From Promethearchaeati archaeon (lineage in GTDB: Archaea; Asgardarchaeota; Heimdallarchaeia; Heimdallarchaeales; Heimdallarchaeaceae), in contig JABLTJ010000043.1 in assembly GCA_013166775.1 (NCBI GenBank), forward strand, positions 1 through 22,142: a DNA stretch of 22,142 bases. The letters run 5' to 3'. The translations under genes were made by a program, and so were the position numbers. The notes under the pieces are model-generated. The model made no database searches, had not been told where the DNA came from, and was given only the letters and a program-made list of their open reading frames with translations. Positions 1 through 6,888 of the stretch are shown in pieces (position 1 is the first letter of the stretch; every line of letters begins with the position of its first letter).

Positions 1-671
1 CTTTCTATTGTTAGTTGAAAGTGATCTATACCTGCAGTTATCAAGGCATCAACAAGTTTCTTATCTTTCAATTTTCTTCCATTAGTAACCAATCCGGTGA
101 TTATACCCAAATCCTCCGCATATTCTACTAGCTCGGGTAAATCACCTCTTAATGTTGGTTCCCCTCCAGTAAATATTACATGAGGAATTCCTTTATCCCA
201 TAGCTTATCCAAAGCTGCTTTCCAATCTTCTGTAGATAATTCTTGTATTTCTCGAGGACTCTCAACATAGCATTTGGTGCACTTATTGTTACAATCATAA
301 GTGAGAGCTAAATCCATCCTAAGAGGTGCAGAGAAAGGAGTTTCATGAAGCGGAAGAATATCTTGATCTAAATCTTGCACTGGATCAATATCTGGTTTAA
401 CCATTAATTCGTTAATGTTCTGTTTCAAAGCATTCAAATCAGATTCTAATTGATCACTTGAAACCCTATATTTCCTTTTCATTTCACGAATTATTACTTC
501 ATCATCTTTTCCTGCAATTATCTTTTCGATAAATTGAGTAGCAGTTTTGTTTAAGTGAAATATTCTTGTAGCATTTACTAATAATATACCTTTACCTTTT
601 TTCTCTTTTCTTAGATGCATTCTAGCAAAAGAATCTATATTTCTCAAATGTTGCATTTTAGATTTAGACAT
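1..671 (-). CDS. Radical SAM enzyme with N-terminal PqqD/RRE-like domain (PqqE/SPASM-type peptide maturase-like); 3' end runs off the window
   Basis: Not in the ORF track; translated by hand. ATG at 671 overlaps the upstream TAA (TAATG), with an alternative in-frame ATG at 656. Sequence: MSKSKMQHLRNIDSFARMHLRKEKKGKGILLVNATRIFHLNKTATQFIEKIIAGKDDEVIIREMKRKYRVSSDQLESDLNALKQNINEL...APLRMDLALTYDCNNKCTKCYVES...VIFTGGEPTLR...LVTNG. It contains CxxxCxxC (CNNKCTKC, nt 293-270), GGEP and TNG motifs. The N-terminal 'LNKTA..I...I...M...Y.V......D' pattern fits PqqD/RRE. The frame is open to position 1. A SPASM domain cannot be seen because it would lie outside the window. Confidence 0.93.
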   Translation of the reverse strand, partial: MSKSKMQHLRNIDSFARMHLRKEKKGKGILLVNATRIFHLNKTATQFIEKIIAGKDDEVIIREMKRKYRVSSDQLESDLNALKQNINELMVKPDIDPVQDLDQDILPLHETPFSAPLRMDLALTYDCNNKCTKCYVESPREIQELSTEDWKAALDKLWDKGIPHVIFTGGEPTLRGDLPELVEYAEDLGIITGLVTNGRKLKDKKLVDALITAGIDHFQLTIE

Positions 672-2335
672 TATCTACCGCCTCCTGCACAGGCACATGC
701 ACAAGCACATGCACAAGCACAACCTCCTCCACTATAGCTTCTACCTCCACTTCTAGAGGAACTTGCTGGTCGAGTTATCTTTTGAATTGATTTATGAAAT
801 GAACTTGGCTTTTGTATTAAACCTCTCGAAAAGCTTCGAATTGGTGCCATAGTTTTGATTTTTCCAGGAGACGTAATTCTTCTGAAAGCTCCAGCACTTG
901 ACCCTCTAGTATAAGGTCTTCCTATGAAAATAAAGTAATTTCTAGTATACCAGTGTGGGTAATAATAAGTATCATACTGTTTCTCGAGTCTTCCTTCATA
1001 ATCTGCATCAACCATTATCCACAGAAAAGCATTTTGTAATTCAGGATTTGATTTCTGCATATCTAACCATGCTTTTTCAACAATTTTCTCATAATAATTT
1101 CTAGTCTTTCTTGCTGAAAATCCTTTCATCTGCAGTGTAACATCTTTAATTAAAGCTTCAATTGATTTCTTTAATTCAGTTTGATGAATAGGTTCTGGTT
1201 CAATAGCACCAGATTTTGATCCTCTTTTAAATTTCTCATCATCCGCATTTCTTCTTTTAATCCCTTTTATTGCTAATAGTTGGTATTTTGGAAGTGCTGT
1301 AATCTTGGTTTCATCGATTAAAACATCTAATCTTAAAGGAGCTCTTTGTTTTATTGCAACATGCCCTTTTTCCATCATTTCAAAAAGTAGCAAAGAAGCC
1401 ACTTGAGTAAGAGGTCTTTCAAGAAGAATAGCCACTGCCGAAGGATTCAGATTTTCCCTTACTCCACCGCCTAATGAACTGATAGAAGGAGGAAGGTATT
1501 TTCTAGATATTCTTATTTTATTTATGAAAATTAATGCAATTATTGCAAATATGATTATAATAAAAACTGTTGTTCCCATATTTTCATAAATAGTACCAAA
1601 GACTTGTAATGTCCAGAAAGGATCATATACTTTAGCATATTCTTCTGGAAAAGCTACTCCAACTTTATAAGACGAAGAAGGTGATCCTGCGGGTTGATTA
1701 AATTCTACATAGGGTCCTTCAGAAGAGCTATCATAAGTCAAAGCTGAGCCAAAATCTATTCTTCTTTGAACAACAGAAGTATCATCTAGATCATCAGGAA
1801 AATAGAAACGCACAGTTCTATCTGTGCTACCAGAGGTAAACGGACCATAAAACCATGTCTGAAAGAAGACCACAGAAGCACGACCTTCAGTTTCATCTGG
1901 GTAAACCATTTTAGGATTCTTACATTCAACTTTTAGTGTGGCAGAGTCTCCTAGTAAAATATATCCCACATTGTCTAGATGTATCTCCACTCCAATTTCT
2001 ACATATTCACTTCTTCTAATATCTGTTACTTCCTCATCATCTAACCAAGCTTTTACGGACTTCAGTTTATAATAAATATTAGGAAATCCGATGTCAATAA
2101 TATCAATTGATCTTGAATGACCATTTACGAAATCAACTTCATAGTATATGTCTATTGAACCATCCTCATTAATTTTGATTTCAGTATACATCTTAGGAAC
2201 TTCAAATTCATAATCCCATTGATCGAAATATTCGCCATCATTATTTGTTGTTTCTTTTGCAATACTCATCCCTGATAGTGATATAATAATACAGAAAATA
2301 ATTCCAGAAAATAACATATTTTTCTTTGATTTCAT
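671..2335 (-). CDS. DUF2207-like signal-peptide/single-TM membrane protein with C-terminal GGG-(CA)6-GGGR tail
   Basis: 554 aa with an N-terminal signal peptide and a beta-rich ectodomain (IKINEDGSIDIYYEVDF). A TM helix (TTVFIIIIFAIIALIFI) is followed by a cytoplasmic 'LNPSAVAILL...LLLFEMMEKGHV' segment and a Ser/Gly/Arg-rich tail, as in DUF2207-type proteins. It ends CACACACACACAGGGR. SD-like GGGGAGA at 2347-2341. Confidence 0.85.
   Translation of the reverse strand: MKSKKNMLFSGIIFCIIISLSGMSIAKETTNNDGEYFDQWDYEFEVPKMYTEIKINEDGSIDIYYEVDFVNGHSRSIDIIDIGFPNIYYKLKSVKAWLDDEEVTDIRRSEYVEIGVEIHLDNVGYILLGDSATLKVECKNPKMVYPDETEGRASVVFFQTWFYGPFTSGSTDRTVRFYFPDDLDDTSVVQRRIDFGSALTYDSSSEGPYVEFNQPAGSPSSSYKVGVAFPEEYAKVYDPFWTLQVFGTIYENMGTTVFIIIIFAIIALIFINKIRISRKYLPPSISSLGGGVRENLNPSAVAILLERPLTQVASLLLFEMMEKGHVAIKQRAPLRLDVLIDETKITALPKYQLLAIKGIKRRNADDEKFKRGSKSGAIEPEPIHQTELKKSIEALIKDVTLQMKGFSARKTRNYYEKIVEKAWLDMQKSNPELQNAFLWIMVDADYEGRLEKQYDTYYYPHWYTRNYFIFIGRPYTRGSSAGAFRRITSPGKIKTMAPIRSFSRGLIQKPSSFHKSIQKITRPASSSRSGGRSYSGGGCACACACACACAGGGR
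686..721 (-). repeat. Coding (Cys-Ala)6 repeat, TGTGCN x6
   Basis: The minus strand reads TGT GCT TGT GCA TGT GCT TGT GCA TGT GCC TGT GCA. The Ala wobble positions vary. Confidence 0.95.
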
Positions 2336-2408
2336 TTATGTCTCCCCTTGCATAATATTCTTTATGCTCCCAATTATGACTTACCAAGTAATTAAATTTT
2401 CTCTAACC

Positions 2409-2416
2409 TATTTATA
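2409..2416 (-). promoter_or_regulatory. Putative TATA box for the (CA)6-protein / radical SAM operon
   Basis: TATAAATA on the minus strand in the 97-bp gap upstream of the ATG at 2335; the SD-like GGGGAGA suggests a leadered transcript. Confidence 0.4.
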
Positions 2417-2432
2417 GATAACTAAACAAGTT

Positions 2433-3383
2433 TCATTTTTTCTTCTTGGGACTAGCTTTCTTAGTTGTTTTTTGTTTTACTGTTCTTTCTCCCTTAACTA
2501 GTTTTTTTCCATTTTTAGGAGTTGGAGTTTTTTTCATGATTTTATAAGTTATTCTTTGTTTTGCTTTATCGACTTCTATTTCGATTATTAGCTTATGTTT
2601 TTTTATTCTTTCTTTCCACTGATAAGCAATTAAATCCAAGTATTCTTTTTCAGTCATCTTATTCATTTCTGTGAGAGATTCTAGAGCTTCTAAATCTCGA
2701 TAACCATCAAAAACTACTTCATAACTCTCATTCTTCTTCATGATTACACCATTCCATCCATAAACATTTGATCCAATGACAGCAATATAAGCAATTATTT
2801 TATACTGACCTTCTAGAAAACCAAACAAATTATCTAATTCCTCTTCAAATTCTCCTATATTTTTGAAAAATGCTTTGGCTTTTGTCTTTCCTTGATCTTC
2901 TTTTATTTTCATATAAATTCTGTTGATCAGTTTTACTTTCTCAATAGCTCGCATGTATCCTTTCCAGTTCTCATCTTGTCTTGGTATTTCAGTTCTTTCT
3001 CTTTGTGATTCTCCATAAAGTGGTACAGTCATTGAATTTATACTTTCGATAGCAAGCTTCTGAAACTCTCCTTTAGGGTGTTTAAGTGTCCAAGTTATAT
3101 CTACGTTATCAGTGGGGGAGATTCTTGTCGAACTATGTATTCTGAATTTACCAGTTTCAAATTTCTTTACAAACCTAGGATAGACTCTGAATCTAGCAAG
3201 TTCTTTGTCAAAATTTGCCATAATCATACTTAGAAAAACTTGAATTGCCCCCTCTAATCCTTCTCCTTCAATTATTGTCTCAATTTCCCATTGTCTTTGT
3301 TCATTAATAATTGTTTCAAGGCTTACCAGAAATTGATTGACAAGTTCTAACTCATTCTCAGAAATATTAACACTTTGAGCCAT
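2433..3383 (-). CDS. Hypothetical soluble protein with Lys-rich C-terminal tail
   Basis: 316-aa ORF with no TM segment and no motif recognised with confidence; ends KKTPTPKNGKK...KKASPKKKK. Confidence 0.8.
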   Translation of the reverse strand: MAQSVNISENELELVNQFLVSLETIINEQRQWEIETIIEGEGLEGAIQVFLSMIMANFDKELARFRVYPRFVKKFETGKFRIHSSTRISPTDNVDITWTLKHPKGEFQKLAIESINSMTVPLYGESQRERTEIPRQDENWKGYMRAIEKVKLINRIYMKIKEDQGKTKAKAFFKNIGEFEEELDNLFGFLEGQYKIIAYIAVIGSNVYGWNGVIMKKNESYEVVFDGYRDLEALESLTEMNKMTEKEYLDLIAYQWKERIKKHKLIIEIEVDKAKQRITYKIMKKTPTPKNGKKLVKGERTVKQKTTKKASPKKKK

Positions 3384-3521
3384 TCAAATCATCACAGTCT
3401 ATATTTTAGTTATTTGTTTGTATTTATTTGGTTTTTGTTTTTTTAAAGATTGATATTCAAATTATTAAAGAAAAGAATCTTATCAAATTAATTTGTTAAT
3501 TTCACTTTATTATTAGAAATT

Positions 3522-4238
3522 CTAGAAATACAAGTATTCCTCATCTTTCTTCTTTTTCACTTTTTTTCGGCGTTTTCTTCTTTTCTTCTTTTCTGTTTCC
3601 TCTTCCTTTTCTTCTATAGGTTCTTCTACATCTAATTCAGTTTGCAAATTTGAAGCAATATTCATCATTGTCTGGTGAAGAAGCTGTTTCATCTTGAACT
3701 TCTCTTCTCTCTCAAAAATAAGTTTCAGTTTATCTAATTCTTCTTGTTTAGCATATGAAGATATTACACTTAGTGCTATTTGTTTTGGGAAAATTGCTCT
3801 ATCATTTTGGATTACATCCAGTAAAAGATTCTTCATTTCTTTTTGATCTATCTTTGCTCTTTCATGGAGATGTTTTATTGCCATTGACCGAATAATATCA
3901 TTGCTATCTTTTTTAGTAGCATTAATTAACACTTCTTCTATTTCTTCAGAAGATGCACTACCAAGTACTTCTATAAGTGCAAGACGAACACTGTTATCTC
4001 GCTCGAAAGAGAAAAATTCGCTTAGTTTTTGAACTATCTTTTTATCTTCAAACTCCTTCAGAGTTAGGATTGCTTTAATCCTGATTTTTTCATATTTCTC
4101 TACTTCAATTACTTTCAAAAGAAACTCTATATTTTCCTTACTTTTTTTCTGTTCTGAAATTGATACTAGGATTTCAAATTTTACTCTGTCAGGTGAGTTA
4201 TTGAATTTCTTTATTCTTCCCTCTAAATCGTTTACCAT
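3522..4238 (-). CDS. HEAT-repeat (PBS lyase-like) protein with acidic/basic tail ending YLYF
   Basis: Repeated HEAT-like units (EKYEKIRIKAILTL, ERDNSVRLALIEVLG, DSNDIIRSMAIKHL, DRAIFPKQIALSVI), then EEKEEETEKKKRRKRRKKVKKKKDEEYLYF. Confidence 0.85.
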   Translation of the reverse strand: MVNDLEGRIKKFNNSPDRVKFEILVSISEQKKSKENIEFLLKVIEVEKYEKIRIKAILTLKEFEDKKIVQKLSEFFSFERDNSVRLALIEVLGSASSEEIEEVLINATKKDSNDIIRSMAIKHLHERAKIDQKEMKNLLLDVIQNDRAIFPKQIALSVISSYAKQEELDKLKLIFEREEKFKMKQLLHQTMMNIASNLQTELDVEEPIEEKEEETEKKKRRKRRKKVKKKKDEEYLYF

Positions 4239-4260
4239 TATAGTTGATATTCATTCTACT

Positions 4261-4336
4261 TTTTTATAAGTTGTGAAATAGAAATAATCTGAAAGATTTC
4301 GAAAAAGCACAGAATTTTCGGGGTTTTTATATTTAT
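4261..4336. promoter_or_regulatory. Divergent promoter region with two TATA-like boxes
   Basis: Minus-strand TTATAAAA at 4269-4262 lies about 24-31 nt before ATG 4238. Plus-strand TTTATATT at about 4326-4333 lies about 28-35 nt before TTG 4361. This spacing is typical of leaderless archaeal transcripts. Confidence 0.5.
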
Positions 4337-4360
4337 ATTGAGTAGAAATAGTGAAGAAAA

Positions 4361-4927
4361 TTGACTACTCTAGTTGACACTGATAATGCCCAAGAAGAAG
4401 GTTTCGCAATAGTATATTTTGGTGATAGTGGATTTGAATTGTTTGCATCTAGTATAACAGATATCAATCTTGAGACTATGCTGATAAATTATCCAACATT
4501 AATGGGTATGCTTCAAAATCAAAAAATCGAGGGATTAGCAACAACTAGAATTAACAGGAATCTTTTTCTCTTTGCGTTTGCAATTGATGTTAAAAATCTT
4601 GATGCAAGAGATATGAGATTGAAACGAAAGACAATCACTATTATTAATTTCGTTGTATCAAGGGAGAATTACAAAGAATTAATGATGTATTTTGATGAAT
4701 TTGAGGAATTCTTGGAAGATTATTTTAAACCCATTGCTTTTATTTTTGATTTATACGCAATTGACTTTACAAGTATTGTACCGAAATTTCTAGAGAGACA
4801 AAAACAATTGGAAAAGATAAAGAGAAAGAATAAAGATCCTGAAGCTGAAAGTTCGATAGCTGTTGAGTTTAACAGATGGCTTTTTGATGCTAGATTCAAT
4901 GAACCCGAAAAACAAAAACAAGAGTAA
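4361..4927 (+). CDS. Hypothetical protein, possible longin/uDENN-like fold
   Basis: 188 aa, TTG start. The pattern 'AIVYFGDSGFEL...LFLFAFAIDVKNLDARDMRLKRKTITIINFVV' resembles small longin/uDENN-like domains. The fold call is by eye only. Confidence 0.6.
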   Translation: MTTLVDTDNAQEEGFAIVYFGDSGFELFASSITDINLETMLINYPTLMGMLQNQKIEGLATTRINRNLFLFAFAIDVKNLDARDMRLKRKTITIINFVVSRENYKELMMYFDEFEEFLEDYFKPIAFIFDLYAIDFTSIVPKFLERQKQLEKIKRKNKDPEAESSIAVEFNRWLFDARFNEPEKQKQE

Positions 4928-5044
4928 GGAAAATTTAAATAATTCGAGGTTAATATATTTTTAAATAAAACTGATAGTTTTATATAATAGACAATTTCAA
5001 CTATTCTAACTATATTCATCAATCACAAAAATAGTGAAAATTCA

Positions 5045-5959
5045 ATGCTCGAAATTAGGTTTCATGGAAGAGGTGGTACTGGTTCTGTGTTAGCTTCTAG
5101 AGCTCTAGCAAAAGCAGTTTTTTATGCAGGAAAACACGCAGTAACTTTTCCATCATTTGGAGCTGAAAGGAGAGGAGCACCAGTTGTACCTTTTGTTAGA
5201 ATCAATGAAGAACCAATTTATCAACGAACACAGATTTATGAACCCGATATGATTGTAGTTTTAGATGAATCGCTACTTGAATTAATTGATGTAGCAAAAG
5301 GTCTTAAATCCGATGGAGTTGGGGTTCTTAATTCAACAAAAAAACCAGAGCAGATAAAACTATCAAAACCAGTAAATGCATGGGTTCTAGATGCGAATAA
5401 AATCGCTTGTGAAACTTTAGGACATTCAATTACTAATAGTGCAATGTTAGGTGCACTTATTCAAGGAACAAAAATTGTATCTCTTGAAAATCTTGAAAGG
5501 GGGATGCTTTCTGTTTTCAAAGCAAAGCTTGGAGAGAGTGTCGCACGTAAGAATGTTGAAGCTGCAAGGATAGCTTATGATAACACGATTTATGGTACAA
5601 CAAAAGGAAGTCGAAATTATTCTGATATGCAACCATGGTTACCTGATATAAACGAATTACCCATTGGAACCATTATCCCTAGAACACAAGTTAATGGAGG
5701 GCAAGAAATAGGACCAGGTTCAGCAAAAACAAGAATTACAGGTAGTTGGAGTAATTATAAAGCAGAGATTAATCAGGATAAATGTATTCAATGTCTTCAA
5801 TGTATGTTTCATTGTCCAGAAGGAACAATTCAACAAAACTCTGATTATCTTGTTGTCAACAGAAGATATTGTAAAGCGTGTAAAATCTGTGAGTATATTT
5901 GCCCTGAAAAAGCTATTTCAATGGTAAAAATCAATGGATTAGCAGAGATTATAAAATAA
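5045..5959 (+). CDS. 2-oxoacid:ferredoxin oxidoreductase gamma subunit fused to delta (2x[4Fe-4S] ferredoxin) subunit
   Basis: Gamma motifs EIRFHGRGGTG, FGAERRGAPV, PDMIVVLD and NSAMLGAL. Delta motif TGSW followed by CIQCLQCMFHCPE and CKACKICEYICPEKAI. Confidence 0.93.
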   Translation: MLEIRFHGRGGTGSVLASRALAKAVFYAGKHAVTFPSFGAERRGAPVVPFVRINEEPIYQRTQIYEPDMIVVLDESLLELIDVAKGLKSDGVGVLNSTKKPEQIKLSKPVNAWVLDANKIACETLGHSITNSAMLGALIQGTKIVSLENLERGMLSVFKAKLGESVARKNVEAARIAYDNTIYGTTKGSRNYSDMQPWLPDINELPIGTIIPRTQVNGGQEIGPGSAKTRITGSWSNYKAEINQDKCIQCLQCMFHCPEGTIQQNSDYLVVNRRYCKACKICEYICPEKAISMVKINGLAEIIK

Positions 5960-5966
5960 TTACATG

Positions 5967-6836
5967 TTATTTATACTTATCAAGATCATCTTTGTTATTT
6001 CTGAAATTTCGATTAACATCACGAGACCTTGAGGAATATTGTTTACTATCTCTTGCTTGTTCATCATAATTCTCAAATCCCTCATCGAATTCCTCTTCAA
6101 ATTCTTCATATTCTTCTTCTTCTTCTTCATCATAATAATCGAAATAGTTCTCGAGAAAAGATGAATCAAATTCTGTAAGATTTTCAGATTCAAGATTCAG
6201 ATTTGTATGAATCTCAAGCTCCTTTAAAGCCATTAATCCAGCATCAGTATCAATATCATAAGTATTACAATAAGAGAGTACTGCTAAAACTGGAACCTTA
6301 AAAGCTGTTCCTTCAGTTAAGAGAAAACTTATTGGACCTTTGATTGAAAGATCATCTTTGAATGTACGTTTGGTTTTGAATTGTTTTGTATATTCAGCTG
6401 TTGGAATTAAAGTAATCCAAGAATCATTTGATGAATTCCTTACCTCTTCTCTCAATCCACCAATTATAATATAACGTTTAGCATTCCAAGAGAGAATCTC
6501 AGACGACAACCATCGCCAAAAGGCATCAGGTAATGCTTCATACCCTACCACAGGGATTGGTAATCGAGATGTAATTAGAACAAAATTCTCTTTTTCATCC
6601 TTGGACTTCATATGAAGTTTGTAGATTGTAATTGGAGCTTCCAAAATTCCTTTATGAAACCAGCTCATGTTTCCCCAATAACCTATTGAATCCACTTGGA
6701 GTTCTTCAACCATATGGTTTAAAACAGTAGTTCCAACTGATCCGTATCCTGAGAAACCTATTAAAACAGTTGTATTTGAATCTATAAGGTCTCTGTCAAG
6801 AGTAAGATTATTAAGAAAAAGCCATGGATTTTTCAT
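5967..6836 (-). CDS. PAC2-family (proteasome assembly chaperone PbaA/PbaB-like) protein with acidic tail
   Basis: N-terminal 'VLIGFSGYGSVGTTVLNHMVEEL' (GFxGxGxVG), 'IIIGGL', 'IKGPISFLLTEG...VPVLAVLSY' and 'DTDAG' match the PAC2 layout. Confidence 0.8.
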   Translation of the reverse strand: MKNPWLFLNNLTLDRDLIDSNTTVLIGFSGYGSVGTTVLNHMVEELQVDSIGYWGNMSWFHKGILEAPITIYKLHMKSKDEKENFVLITSRLPIPVVGYEALPDAFWRWLSSEILSWNAKRYIIIGGLREEVRNSSNDSWITLIPTAEYTKQFKTKRTFKDDLSIKGPISFLLTEGTAFKVPVLAVLSYCNTYDIDTDAGLMALKELEIHTNLNLESENLTEFDSSFLENYFDYYDEEEEEEYEEFEEEFDEGFENYDEQARDSKQYSSRSRDVNRNFRNNKDDLDKYK

Positions 6837-6888
6837 CTTTAGCCAGCTTTTTTTTACTAGGTTAAAAGATTGATGGTAAGTCGATAAT

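Noticed and set aside
686-721. GCACA-type repeat read as a CRISPR repeat or DNA microsatellite
   Set aside because: It is only 36 bp, has no spacers, and its variation is confined to codon third positions; the Cys-Ala coding repeat explains it.
2433-3383. 316-aa gene as a third member of the (CA)6/radical SAM operon
   Set aside because: It is separated by 97 bp containing a TATA-like box and has no functional link I can see; it cannot be excluded without synteny data.
6061-6141. TTC/TCT-rich low-complexity tract
   Set aside because: It encodes the poly-Glu tail of the PAC2 protein on the minus strand and is not an independent repeat element.
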